64,000 nucleotides of DNA from an uncultured virus (IMG/VR IMGVR_UViG_3300037264_003342) (lineage: Duplodnaviria; Heunggongvirae; Uroviricota; Caudoviricetes): the IMG/VR virus record IMGVR_UViG_3300037264_003342; one strand, given 5' to 3'. The position numbers were made by a program, and so were the translations under genes. The notes beneath the pieces are model-generated. The model saw nothing but the letters and a program-made list of their open reading frames with translations. It made no database searches and was not told the DNA's origin. Below, in pieces: positions 37,543 to 47,436 of the stretch (its first letter is position 1; each line of letters begins with the position of its first letter).

Positions 37543-38745
37543 ATGACGGCAGCGCTGCCGATAGTCGTGGACCCTGAGGTCGCCTTTCGCGACGCCCACC
37601 GCATCAGTCCTTCGCAGATTGAAACCTATCGACTCTGCCCGAGGAAGTGGGCCTTTGGCAAGCTCGAAAACCTACCAGCTCCGCCGAACAAGTACGCCGA
37701 GCGGGGCCTCAACGTCCACCACGTTCTTGAAGAGTGGCAACGCGACGGCAAGCCCGTCGACCTGTCGAGCGAGGCCGGGAAGATCGCTTCGGCCGGCCTG
37801 AAGTTTCTCCCGCAACCCGGCACACACGCAACAGAATACAAGTTCGTCTTCGACACGGGCCGAGCTGTCTACCACGGGTTGATGGACTTGAGGGGAGAGC
37901 CCACCTTTCCGATCCAGAGCATCTGGGACCACAAGACGACGTCGAGCTTCGACTGGATGAAAACCGCCGAGGTTCTGCGGAAAGACCCGCAGGCCAACAT
38001 CTACGCGATGGCCGTGATCTACGAGGCCGAGCGCCTCGGGCTCAAGCTAGGAGCCGGCTTCGAGCGCATCGAGCAGAACTGGGTGTACTACCTTGCGAAT
38101 CCGTCGAGCCCGAAGAGTCGCAAGGTTCAACTCCACATCGTCCGCGACGAAAATTCTCGTATGCCTGTGCGTACAACAGAAGTGCAAAAGGCGCACTTCG
38201 GCGTGATGACCCTTGCGGAGTTGTACGAGCGCTTCGAGGAGATCGAGGCGACCTCCCAGGAAATTCTGGCGCTCTACCGCGAGAAGCCGAAAGCCCTTGA
38301 CGTTACCTACAACGTCACGGCTTGTTCCGCTTTCGGCGGATGCCCGTACAAGGGCACCGCCTGTGTTCTGTCTCTGAAAGAAAGGATCGAGAGCATGGAA
38401 GCCCAAACAGAAGCGAAGACCCTGACCTTGGCGGAGAAGATCCGCGCAAAGCTCGCGGCGGGAGTAGCCCCGGCCGAGCCCGCAGCACCACAGACGCCGG
38501 CAGCGCCGGCCGCGAGCGCTCCGGCAGCCTCGGCCATCGCGCCGCCCCGCGTGAACCCCCCGGAGCAGCCTCGGTCGGCCCCCACGGGCGCGGTGGCGAG
38601 CATGCGCGCCGAGATCTCGGCCCGTGCCATGCAGGGCCTCGTCAGCTCGCGCATCTTCTCGGTCGACGACAACCGCTACGCCATGAAGGTCACGGCCGAG
38701 GCCGTCAAGCTCGCCGACGCCCTCCTCGCTGCTCTCGGGAAGTGA
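37543..38745 (+). CDS. PD-(D/E)XK nuclease (RecB/Cas4-like)
   Basis: ISPSQI..Y..CPRKW, RG..VH..LE, GLMDL, IWDHKT, Q..IY and terminal C....C.Y....C. Confidence 0.85.
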   Translation: MTAALPIVVDPEVAFRDAHRISPSQIETYRLCPRKWAFGKLENLPAPPNKYAERGLNVHHVLEEWQRDGKPVDLSSEAGKIASAGLKFLPQPGTHATEYKFVFDTGRAVYHGLMDLRGEPTFPIQSIWDHKTTSSFDWMKTAEVLRKDPQANIYAMAVIYEAERLGLKLGAGFERIEQNWVYYLANPSSPKSRKVQLHIVRDENSRMPVRTTEVQKAHFGVMTLAELYERFEEIEATSQEILALYREKPKALDVTYNVTACSAFGGCPYKGTACVLSLKERIESMEAQTEAKTLTLAEKIRAKLAAGVAPAEPAAPQTPAAPAASAPAASAIAPPRVNPPEQPRSAPTGAVASMRAEISARAMQGLVSSRIFSVDDNRYAMKVTAEAVKLADALLAALGK

Positions 38746-39188
38746 TGAAGGTCACGAAGGAGGGGGAGTTCTCGCTCGAACTCCCAGACGGAACGCCGGT
38801 CGAGGTGTTCGCGCGGATGGTCGAGGGCTTGATGGTGCCGAGGCTCGGCGTCGTACAGCTCGGCACGTCACCGCTTCCGATAGAGAGGCAGGAGCCTGCC
38901 GAGCATGCCTGGATGTTCACGCTCTTGAACTCGTTGATGGACGAGCTACACATCGACGCGAGCAAACCAAGGACGAACGCCGATGTGGCAGTCGAAGCCA
39001 GCAGACGACTTCGCGAGGTGATGGGGTGGGTCGGCAGGCTTCGCGAGGCTATTCGAGTGCAACGTGGCACCCTCTACACCCCCGGCATCGGCGGGGACAT
39101 CGCAGCCTTGAGCTTCGTCGAAGGCCTCATTCGACCGCTCGCGCCGCCCGCAACACCGAAACCGAGAAGCAGAAAGAGGCGACCGTGA
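38745..39188 (+). CDS. Hypothetical protein
   Basis: TGATG coupling. Confidence 0.55.
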   Translation: MKVTKEGEFSLELPDGTPVEVFARMVEGLMVPRLGVVQLGTSPLPIERQEPAEHAWMFTLLNSLMDELHIDASKPRTNADVAVEASRRLREVMGWVGRLREAIRVQRGTLYTPGIGGDIAALSFVEGLIRPLAPPATPKPRSRKRRP

Positions 39189-39388
39189 AGGACTCCGAGG
39201 CACTAGCGAAGATCGAGCGCACTCTCAGGAATTGGATCGGGTCCGGCCCGATGCCGCTCGACGTCATCTGCAAAACAGCCGGCACGAACTACAACACGAC
39301 GCGCGGAGTGCTCGGTCGGCTCGTGAAGCGCAAAGTCGTTCAGCACGTCGGCAAAGGGCTCTACCAGATCACGCGCACGGCGGCCTGA
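39185..39388 (+). CDS. Small winged-helix DNA-binding protein
   Basis: I....GTNYNTTRGVL.RLVK...V..VGKGLY. Confidence 0.6.
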   Translation: MKDSEALAKIERTLRNWIGSGPMPLDVICKTAGTNYNTTRGVLGRLVKRKVVQHVGKGLYQITRTAA

Positions 39389-39677
39389 ATGCACCTCTGG
39401 ACATCCATAGTTTTTTTCTTGTCGAGCTTGGCTCGGGGAACGCTCAGTTTCTGCAACCGCTGCGGCAAACTCACCGAGTGTTACGCGTACAGCCACAACA
39501 TCAGGTTACATCGCAACGCCGGAACGAGGTACGGGTATCCGTCGACACCACCTCCTCCTATACCAGAGAAGTACGCTTCAATGCGTGTGTGCATCATGTG
39601 CGACTTGGAGCTAGACGAAGAGTTGGACATGCACAACGGATGTTGGTGTCGAAGCGCGGCGGCGAGGGCGAACCACG

Positions 39678-40016
39678 ATGCGAGCTAAGGACAAGGCCGA
39701 GTTCAACTGGTCGAAGATCCGGTGGCTACCCCACCGGAAGTACAAGAAGGGCCTGGTCACGGCGAGCAGCCTGATCGAACTGGAAGTGGTCCCAGAGAAG
39801 GCCGGGTGGAGGTACAAGATCAGCTACATCGGTGGGTCGCTCACAGGTCCGAGCAAAAAGACGCTGGACGCAGCCAAAGTCGCGGCTGTGACTGCAGCCC
39901 GCACGCACTGTTACGACGCTCTCGCGGCGCTCGGCACGTACTGCGAGCACGGCTACGACTGGAAGTACCGCGCCGAGTGTCCAGGTTGCGCTGTCGGGAT
40001 GAGATGGAAGGCATGA
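39678..40016 (+). CDS. Hypothetical protein
   Basis: Coupled ORF. Confidence 0.5.
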   Translation: MRAKDKAEFNWSKIRWLPHRKYKKGLVTASSLIELEVVPEKAGWRYKISYIGGSLTGPSKKTLDAAKVAAVTAARTHCYDALAALGTYCEHGYDWKYRAECPGCAVGMRWKA

Positions 40017-41788
40017 TGGCTCTCACCCCCGAAGCTACGATCCGCATGCAGCGAGCTTTCAAGAGCCTCGGGAAGCGAGAAGTTCCAGCGACTCACGAGC
40101 TACAGCGGATTCTCGAACTCCCTCGACGCGTCTGGGAAGGCGACTCGGAGCTTGTCGAGTTCGCTGCGATGATGACGCGCTACTTCCGAGTCCCTGGGGG
40201 CTCGCAGGAGCTTTGGCCGGTGCAGGCGAAGGCTCTGCAAGATCTGCACGACATGGGCGGGCTCTACGGCCCGATCCCCGTCGGCGAGGGCAAGACGCTC
40301 ATCTCGTTCCTCGCTCCGACAGTCCTCGACGCAGAGCGACCTCTGCTCATCGTCCCGGCACGGCTCCGCGACAAGACCATCAGAGAGTTTGCCGCTCTCG
40401 CGCAGCACTGGAAGGAACATCCAGGGTTGCAGATCGTGAGCTACGAGAAGATCTCGCGCGAGAACGGCACGCAGTTCTTGCAGGACTACCAGCCCGACCT
40501 CTTGATCTTCGACGAGAGTCACCGCCTCAAGAACTTGAGAGCCGCCGTGACTCGCAAGGTGCGCTGGTGGATGGAAGCGCACCCGACTACCAAGGTGCTC
40601 GCGATGACCGGCACCTCGACCAAGCGAAGCCTCTTGGACTTCGCACACGTCCTCTACTGGTCGCTGCCGAACTGCTTCCCTCTCCCTCGGAGCCGCGACG
40701 AGCTAGAGGTCTGGGCGGCAGTCGTGGACGAGATCAAGACGTTCGAGAACCGCGTGCCGGCGTCCCCCGGAGCGTTGTTCGCGCTCTGCAACCCCTCAGA
40801 GCAGAGCCGAGGTCGACCTGGGATACGCAATGCTTTGCGTCGTCGGATCCAAGAGACGCCCGGCGTCGTGTCGCTCGAAGGCCAGTCGGTCGACGCGAGC
40901 TTGAACATCGAACTCGTGCTCGAAACCCACTACGGGCAACGCATTCGAGATCTGGCCGCTCGGCTCCAAGAAGGCTACCTCCCGAACGGCGACGTCTACT
41001 TCGTCGAGGGCCGTGAGGCCCAGGCGCTCACGGCCAAGTGGCGCATCATGCGAACGCTCACGAGCGGCTTCTGGTACGACTGGCAACCTCGGCCGCCCGA
41101 GGACTGGCTCGCGCTCCGCTCGGAGTGGCGCAAGGTCGTGCGGGGAGTCTTGGAGCGCAACATCCAGGGCCTGGAGTCGGAAGCTCTGATCGCTCGGGCC
41201 GCTGCGGCCGGCAAGCTCAACGACGTGATCGAAGCCCTCTACACTCACTGGCGCTCGATACGCGACGCACACAAATGGAACGTCGTGCCCGTCTGGGAAG
41301 ACGACACCATCATCGAGCGCGTCGCGCGGTGGGTCAAGGATCATACAGGCCTCATCTGGGTGAGCGAGGTGGCGCTCGGGCAGAGGCTGGAGCGAGATCT
41401 TGGGCTCTCCTACTACCACCAGCTCGGCCAGAACCGCCTCGGCCAACCAGTCGAGAGCGCGGAACCGAAGAAGGGCTCGATCGTTCTGAGCGTTCAGGCG
41501 AACTCCGAGGGCAGGAACCTTCAGGCCTGGAACGACAACCTCGTCATCAGCCCGCCGCCGACGGGCACGGTCTGGGAACAGATCATCGGCCGCACGCACC
41601 GCCAGGGCCAGGAGGCTGACGAGGTGTGGTTCGAGGTCGTCATCGGCTGCCAGGTCGAGTGGGACTGCTGGCTACAAGCCATGCGCGATGCGGCCTACGC
41701 GAGCGAGGTCGAGAGCAAGAAGCGGTTGCAGATGGCGACGATTGACCAGAAGTTCCGCCTGCCGGCGGAGGATGGAGGGTTGTGGTGA
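40013..41788 (+). CDS. SNF2/SF2-like helicase
   Basis: VGEGKT, LIFDESH, AMTGT, SEGRNLQ, EQIIGRTHRQGQ. Confidence 0.9.
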   Translation: MMALTPEATIRMQRAFKSLGKREVPATHELQRILELPRRVWEGDSELVEFAAMMTRYFRVPGGSQELWPVQAKALQDLHDMGGLYGPIPVGEGKTLISFLAPTVLDAERPLLIVPARLRDKTIREFAALAQHWKEHPGLQIVSYEKISRENGTQFLQDYQPDLLIFDESHRLKNLRAAVTRKVRWWMEAHPTTKVLAMTGTSTKRSLLDFAHVLYWSLPNCFPLPRSRDELEVWAAVVDEIKTFENRVPASPGALFALCNPSEQSRGRPGIRNALRRRIQETPGVVSLEGQSVDASLNIELVLETHYGQRIRDLAARLQEGYLPNGDVYFVEGREAQALTAKWRIMRTLTSGFWYDWQPRPPEDWLALRSEWRKVVRGVLERNIQGLESEALIARAAAAGKLNDVIEALYTHWRSIRDAHKWNVVPVWEDDTIIERVARWVKDHTGLIWVSEVALGQRLERDLGLSYYHQLGQNRLGQPVESAEPKKGSIVLSVQANSEGRNLQAWNDNLVISPPPTGTVWEQIIGRTHRQGQEADEVWFEVVIGCQVEWDCWLQAMRDAAYASEVESKKRLQMATIDQKFRLPAEDGGLW

Positions 41789-42744
41789 GTCACGCCGCAA
41801 AAATCCTCGCCGACTCCCTCTCGCCCGACGGCGTCCCGCTCACGACGTTCGAGGTGACGATGCCGCGCATCGTGCTCGCGGAGTTCAACACGCACCGTAT
41901 GTTCTCACGCAACAGTGCGAGTAGCAGAGCTATCCCAGTCAAGAAGATGATCGAGATGGTGATGGAGAATCCGTACATCCCGTCGAGTTGGGGCAAGAAT
42001 CAGAAGGGCATGCAGGCTGATGAAGTGCTGGATGCCAAAGAACAAGAAAAAGCAGAGCAGGTATGGCTCTGGGCTCGCGATGCGGCTGTTGAGAGAGCGC
42101 AGCAACTACGCAACATCGGCACCCACAAGCAGCTCACGAATCGCTTGCTCGAACCGTTCATGTGGCACACGGTCATCGTGACGGCGACCGAGTGGGACAA
42201 CTTCTTCCACCTCCGCAACAACGCGCAGGCGCACCCCGACATTCAGATCATCGCGAAGATGATGCAGGAGTTGTACGAGCAGCGAGAGCCGAGGAAGCTC
42301 GACTATGGGCAGTGGCATTTGCCGCTGATCGACCCAGACACGGACGTGGCAGTATGCAGAACGATGCGCGCCGGACGGACATTGGAAGAATGCCGCGAGG
42401 CGTTGTGCAAAATATCCATCGCCCGCTGTGCTCGTGTCTCGTACCTCACGCACGACGGCAAGCGAGACTTGCAAGCTGACCTCGACTTGCACGACCGGCT
42501 ACTCGAATCGGGACACTTGAGCCCATTCGAGCACGTTGCACGACCTATGACGGAAGCGGATGTGCGCGACTTGGACGGCATCGCAGTGTCTCGAACGACA
42601 ACGCACCAAGAGATCGATACGCCGCAAGTGCAGTACACCGGGCCAGTGCGAACGTGGCATCGTTGGTCGGGAAACTTTCGTGGCTGGGTTCAGTACCGCA
42701 AGCTCATCCCCAACGAGGCCGACATCCTCGGAGCGCGGAAGTGA
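41782..42744 (+). CDS. thyX: Flavin-dependent thymidylate synthase
   Basis: AEFNTHRMFSRNSASSRAIP, HKQ..NRLLEP, WDNFF.LR, HLSPFEH. Confidence 0.88.
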   Translation: MVSHAAKILADSLSPDGVPLTTFEVTMPRIVLAEFNTHRMFSRNSASSRAIPVKKMIEMVMENPYIPSSWGKNQKGMQADEVLDAKEQEKAEQVWLWARDAAVERAQQLRNIGTHKQLTNRLLEPFMWHTVIVTATEWDNFFHLRNNAQAHPDIQIIAKMMQELYEQREPRKLDYGQWHLPLIDPDTDVAVCRTMRAGRTLEECREALCKISIARCARVSYLTHDGKRDLQADLDLHDRLLESGHLSPFEHVARPMTEADVRDLDGIAVSRTTTHQEIDTPQVQYTGPVRTWHRWSGNFRGWVQYRKLIPNEADILGARK

Positions 42745-42937
42745 AGGCCACGGATCAACAACTCACTCTGGCTCGTGAATTCTTCACCGAGCACGAGATC
42801 GCCTATCTGCTTCTCGGCGCGGAGCTACGACGGGAGTTGTTTCTGAAGTTGCTCGACGTGCTCTCGGCCGAGCGCCAGATGCGGGAGTCTGCTGAGACGC
42901 GAGAGCTTGACCTACGAAACGGAGGACCAGGCATCGA

Positions 42938-43492
42938 ATGACGTCGCTAGAAAAAGTCGAAGGGGTAATAGGCAAGTTCCGCAACCCGGCAACAGGACAG
43001 ATCTACACCATCAACGACTGGTGGGAGGCTGATCTGCTCACGCAGCGTTTCATGATCCCAGTCGATCAAATTTCGCCGGTAGTTCTGCAAGGACGTGCTC
43101 CGTCGGAATTCGTACTGCGCCAGTTGGTCTACGTGCTCGACGCCGACACGCGCCCGGATGACAAGGAAGAGTTCAAGCACTCGGGCCGGATCGACATCTT
43201 CATCAACGGCACGAGAGCGACCTCGCTTCCTATGTTGCTCATGGAGTACTCGGCCGAGGCACTGCTGGAGATCATTCAAGCTGTGAAATCGGGGGAAGCG
43301 TGGGCGTTCGTCGATGAGTCACGGGCGCAGGTTGGAGCAGACGTCTGGCGCGTTCTGCAGGGATGGCGTCTCAGCCAGCCGCTCCTGTTCCCGAAGGACT
43401 CGAAGTGGGAGATCTCGATCGGGACGAACGGCAGGTGCTACGTCGAGGGGACGATCACCGGCATCGGCTTTGCTAAGCGAGGGTTCGCATGA
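42938..43492 (+). CDS. Diverged paralog of the putative capsid protein
   Basis: GKFRNPATGQIYTINDWWEAD aligns with GLFKDPETGQILNVRDFREGD of 5876-6523. Confidence 0.55.
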   Translation: MTSLEKVEGVIGKFRNPATGQIYTINDWWEADLLTQRFMIPVDQISPVVLQGRAPSEFVLRQLVYVLDADTRPDDKEEFKHSGRIDIFINGTRATSLPMLLMEYSAEALLEIIQAVKSGEAWAFVDESRAQVGADVWRVLQGWRLSQPLLFPKDSKWEISIGTNGRCYVEGTITGIGFAKRGFA

Positions 43493-43860
43493 TCATCCCC
43501 TGGAGCCGCGTCGAGGATAACGGGGTCGAGCTGCAGGGCGGCTTCATCTCGGTGGAGCAGGGTGTCGTTCGGATCATCGTGGACGACGACCACTACAACG
43601 GGACGGTCAAGCCCGAAGACGTTGCGAAACTGCGCGAGGCTCTCGACGTAACGAGAGCCGTCAAGAGCGCCGAAGTGGCCGAAGACGAAGCAACCTACAG
43701 CGTGTGGTGGTGCCCCAAATGTCTTTCCACAAGGCCAACGGCCCGTCTCTACTTCGGCAGGGCGATTATCAAATGCTCTGTGTGTACATCGCGATGCTTA
43801 CCTTTCACAGGTGAAGCGAACTCCCAAAGTGCGCTGGGCATAGTTCAAGGAGGTACTTGA
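43489..43860 (+). CDS. Hypothetical zinc-ribbon protein
   Basis: CPKC and CSVC. Confidence 0.55.
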   Translation: MIIPWSRVEDNGVELQGGFISVEQGVVRIIVDDDHYNGTVKPEDVAKLREALDVTRAVKSAEVAEDEATYSVWWCPKCLSTRPTARLYFGRAIIKCSVCTSRCLPFTGEANSQSALGIVQGGT

Positions 43861-43941
43861 CCACGAACTAGGATACGGCTATACGTTTGCGCAAACGCAG
43901 GAGGCAGCTCCTGTTTCTACAACTACAACTCGGAGGACAGC

Positions 43942-44424
43942 ATGGGCAAGTACGACCACATCGCAAGTGCCAAGGTCACGAAGAGCGGCCAGTTCTTCAT
44001 ACCGGGGCGTTACAAGGTCCGCATCTCGGCCGTGAAGGAAGTCGCTTCACAGATGGGCAAGGACTTCACCATCATCGAGACGACGGTGTTGCAGAGCAAC
44101 AACCCCGACGTTCCGGTCGGGGCATCGCGCTCCCACGTCATCGACATGAACAACGTGATGGGCATCATCAACATCAAGGCCTTCGTCGCGGCCGCGAGCG
44201 GGGTCGACCCGACGCTCGAAACGGTCAACGACCAAGTCGAGGCGTACTGGAAGGCGCAAGATCCGCACGGGGTCTACCGCAGCTTCGCGCAGATCGTCGA
44301 AGACCTGATCGTGAAGGCGAACATCCTCGAAGGGGCCGAGATGGACCTGGAGTGCGTTGCAATCCGCAAGCGGGACGGCGACCCGTTCACGAAATACAAC
44401 TGGGCGATTCGACACGACCAGTAA
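43942..44424 (+). CDS. Putative single-stranded DNA-binding protein
   Basis: GGAGG RBS, position just upstream of PolA, FIPGRY.V.I...K.G.PFTKYNW. Function inferred from context. Confidence 0.5.
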   Translation: MGKYDHIASAKVTKSGQFFIPGRYKVRISAVKEVASQMGKDFTIIETTVLQSNNPDVPVGASRSHVIDMNNVMGIINIKAFVAAASGVDPTLETVNDQVEAYWKAQDPHGVYRSFAQIVEDLIVKANILEGAEMDLECVAIRKRDGDPFTKYNWAIRHDQ

Positions 44425-44507
44425 ATTTTCGCCTGGGGTTACTCCTTTTCCCAGGTGAACCGTGTGGTCCCGAGCGGCCTAGGGGTAGGAATTCGGGGCA
44501 CTCACCA

Positions 44508-46712
44508 ATGCCAACTGTCGGTTTTGATTGCGAGACATGGCTCATCGAACCGGGGCAGCTCGCTCCGCCGATGGTCTGCTTGTCGCTCGCGTGCTGGGAC
44601 AGCGTCTGGGTCTACCACGTCGACCCCGAGCTATCCCCGGAGCCGATCTCACTCTACCCGAGCAAGGTCGAGCCGCCGGCCAAGACGGCCAAGGACGCCT
44701 TCCGCTGGCTCCTGAAGCAGGAGGCGGCGTACGGTCTGAACGTCGCCTACGACGTCGCGGTGTGCCTCGCCGAGTGGCCGGAGCTGTTCCCCGAGGTCTT
44801 CGAGGCCTACAACGACGGCCGGGTGATCGACGTCGGGCTCTGTCAGCAGCTCATCGACAACGCCCACGGCAAGCTCAAGACCATGCAGGCGCTCTACGGC
44901 TACTCGCTCGCCGGGCTAGAGCGCAGATGGTTGCGCAGGGACAGACGAGATCAGAAGGAAGGCGCGAGCGCCTGGCGACTCCGCTACCGCGAGCTTCACC
45001 CCGTGCCGCTCGTGAGCTGGCCGCGCGAGGCCGTGGAGTACGCGGCCGAGGACGCCATCGGAGCGCGAGAGATCGGCGTCTTGCAGTTCAACTCGGAAGA
45101 CAACAAATACCTGCGCGATACTCCAGCCCAGTCGCGCTCGGCGTTGGCGCTCCAGTTGATGATGTGCTGGGGGACGATGACCGCTGCCGCGAAGATCGAA
45201 ACGCTCCGCAAGTTCGCAGAGGAGAAGTACTGGGAGCTGTCTGACGAATTGGTGAAGCCGGAGCACGGCTCGCTCGTGCGCGGTTTCAGCGTCAAGCGAA
45301 ACATGCAGTGGACGAAGGACACAACGGCCGCCCGAACGCGGATGCTTGAAGTCTGCCGCGCGCATGGCCTACCGATTCAACTCACGGACACAGGGTACAA
45401 GAAGTACCTCAAGTACTTGCGCGAGAACGGCGGGGAGGAGAAGGACATCACGCCCGAGGAGGTCTTCACCGAGGACGAGCTACTGCAGTACGCCGCCATC
45501 GACGAGGATGCCTGCCAGCGCACGGGCGACGAGATCTTGATAGCGTTCTCCCTTCGGTCGCAGCTTCATACGCTCCTCTTCACACACGTCGAAGACCTCC
45601 TGCGAGGCGTAGAGACACCGATTCAGCCACGGTACACGACGATGGTCGACTCGGGTCGAACGGCGTGCAGCAAAGGTGAGCGGGGCAAGAGTCCGACGAA
45701 CGGCTTCCAGTTCCAGAACCCGAAGAGGATCTACATGTGGATCCCACCGGGCGAGACGAAGCCCGTGCCGCTCTTCCCGCCCGGCATCGGCGTGCGCGAG
45801 TGCTTCATCGCTCGGCCCAGCATGTGGTACGCCGACAACGATTTCTCGGGCCTCGAACTCTGCACAGGGGCCCAAGCTTGCATTGACCTCGTCGGCCACT
45901 CGAAGCTCGGCGATGCGCTGAACGCCGGCATCGACCCGCACCTCGATTTCGGAGCGGTGCTGATGGGCCTCTCGTACGAGGATGCCCTGTCTCGAAAGCA
46001 CGAGAAGGAAGTGAAGTACCACCGGCAGTTGGCCAAGATCGCCAACTTCGGCTTGCCTGGCGGCTTGGGCGTTCGCGGTGTGATGGGGTTCGCTCGTGGC
46101 TACGGGGTTGTTCTGAGCGAGGATGATGCGAAGAAGCTCAAGGCTGACTGGTTCGCGAAGTACCCCGAGTGGCGAGACTACTTCGCCTGGATCCGGCAGA
46201 ACCTGGAGCTAGAGATCGAAGTCGACAGCGACAACGAGCACGAGGCCCGCGTCAACATGCGCGGAGCCTTCGAGCAGCTCCGGGTCGGGCGAGTGCGAGG
46301 TCGCTGCAGGTTCACCGAGGCCTGCAACACCTTCTTCCAGGGCCTCGGGGCCGACGTCGCGAAGAGAGCGCTCTGGGCCGTCGCGGAGCGGTGCTACATG
46401 CAGGTGCCAGGCTCTGTGCTCTACGGTGTGCGGCCTGTGGGCTTCATCCACGACGAGATCTTGGCCGAGGTCAACGAGGACCGAGCCCACGAGCAAGCCT
46501 TCGAGATGGCCCAGGTGATGGTCGACGCCGGCAACACGCTCCTGCCCGACGTGCCGGTGAAGTGCATGCCCGCGCTCTCGAAGTACTGGTGCAAGGACGC
46601 CGAGGCCGTCTTCGACAAGAGCGGACGACTCCAGCCGTACGATCTCGCGCGTGAGGGTCGGTGGCGGGTGTACTACGACGCAAACGCGGAGGTGAGGGTG
46701 CAATGGGCATGA
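44508..46712 (+). CDS. DNA polymerase family A with 3'-5' exonuclease domain
   Basis: Exo motifs FDCET, NVAYD, YAAED; SGRTACS; motif A DFSGLEL; motif B RQLAKIANFG; NTFFQG; motif C IHDEI. Start reassigned to MPTVGFD. Confidence 0.93.
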   Translation: MPTVGFDCETWLIEPGQLAPPMVCLSLACWDSVWVYHVDPELSPEPISLYPSKVEPPAKTAKDAFRWLLKQEAAYGLNVAYDVAVCLAEWPELFPEVFEAYNDGRVIDVGLCQQLIDNAHGKLKTMQALYGYSLAGLERRWLRRDRRDQKEGASAWRLRYRELHPVPLVSWPREAVEYAAEDAIGAREIGVLQFNSEDNKYLRDTPAQSRSALALQLMMCWGTMTAAAKIETLRKFAEEKYWELSDELVKPEHGSLVRGFSVKRNMQWTKDTTAARTRMLEVCRAHGLPIQLTDTGYKKYLKYLRENGGEEKDITPEEVFTEDELLQYAAIDEDACQRTGDEILIAFSLRSQLHTLLFTHVEDLLRGVETPIQPRYTTMVDSGRTACSKGERGKSPTNGFQFQNPKRIYMWIPPGETKPVPLFPPGIGVRECFIARPSMWYADNDFSGLELCTGAQACIDLVGHSKLGDALNAGIDPHLDFGAVLMGLSYEDALSRKHEKEVKYHRQLAKIANFGLPGGLGVRGVMGFARGYGVVLSEDDAKKLKADWFAKYPEWRDYFAWIRQNLELEIEVDSDNEHEARVNMRGAFEQLRVGRVRGRCRFTEACNTFFQGLGADVAKRALWAVAERCYMQVPGSVLYGVRPVGFIHDEILAEVNEDRAHEQAFEMAQVMVDAGNTLLPDVPVKCMPALSKYWCKDAEAVFDKSGRLQPYDLAREGRWRVYYDANAEVRVQWA

Positions 46713-46774
46713 CCATCGTGGAGCGCGTGAAGCGGGCGCGCGAGCTGTGCGGCTGCACGGCCTGTGTTGTGCGG

Positions 46775-46804
46775 CATCATGTGGACGGACATCATGTGGA
46801 CGGA
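46775..46804 (+). repeat. Exact 15-bp tandem duplication (catcatgtggacgga x2)
   Basis: In-frame HHVDG x2 within the small ORF 46709-46993. Confidence 0.9.
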
Positions 46805-46989
46805 ATCCAGCCGCAGCCGTGCCAGATGTCGGCGGCCATCTACGCGTCGCTGGCGTCGCTGGCAGACGTCGCAGAGGAGCGAAGAGCCGCGCTCGGGGTG
46901 TGCGAGAACCATCAGGACCACGGGCGAATCGGGCCGCACTCGATAAACGATCGCTGCCAGAACTGGCAGTTTACTCACACGGTGCTGAT

Positions 46990-47436
46990 ATGAGCGAAGG
47001 CGCTCGACCAGGCATCGACTGTCAGTTCTGCCTCGGGCCGATCAGCGGCCCTCCAAGTAACCGTCTCTGCGAAGCATGCGGCAAAGCCGACCTCGAATCG
47101 GTCGCGGAGTTGTACCATCCTGTTCTGAGCGGGACACATGCTAGGCGCGAGGGTCAAGCGGGGCGCAAGCTCGACGGCGGGAAACCCCCCTGGGATCTCT
47201 TGCCCTGGACCGCGACGTCGGCCGTCGTGGACGTCCTAGAGCACGGCCGGCGCAAGTACGGAGCAGACAACTGGCGCAGCGTCCCCGAGGCTCGACGGCG
47301 CTACTTCGCTGCTGCGATGCGACACATGGTCGCCTGGTTCCGGGGCGAGAAGAACGACCAGGAGAGCGGGCTACCGCACCTGGCGCACGCGTGCTGCTGC
47401 ATGCTCTTTCTATTGGAGCAGGACGAAGCGGTATGA
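46990..47436 (+). CDS. dATP/dGTP diphosphohydrolase-domain protein (DUF5664-like)
   Basis: GRKLDGGKP.WDLLP...VL.HG..KYG.DNW...RYFAA..RH...D.ESGLPHLAHA. Confidence 0.85.
   Translation: MSEGARPGIDCQFCLGPISGPPSNRLCEACGKADLESVAELYHPVLSGTHARREGQAGRKLDGGKPPWDLLPWTATSAVVDVLEHGRRKYGADNWRSVPEARRRYFAAAMRHMVAWFRGEKNDQESGLPHLAHACCCMLFLLEQDEAV

Noticed and set aside
37543..38745. Cas4-like nuclease as part of a CRISPR-Cas system
   Set aside because: No cas1/cas2 or array; stand-alone PD-(D/E)XK nucleases are routine in phage replication modules.
43887..44507. 941-aa PolA with a long N-terminal extension
   Set aside because: The extension overlaps the well-formed 43942-44424 gene in another frame; the exonuclease motif begins right after the ATG at 44508.
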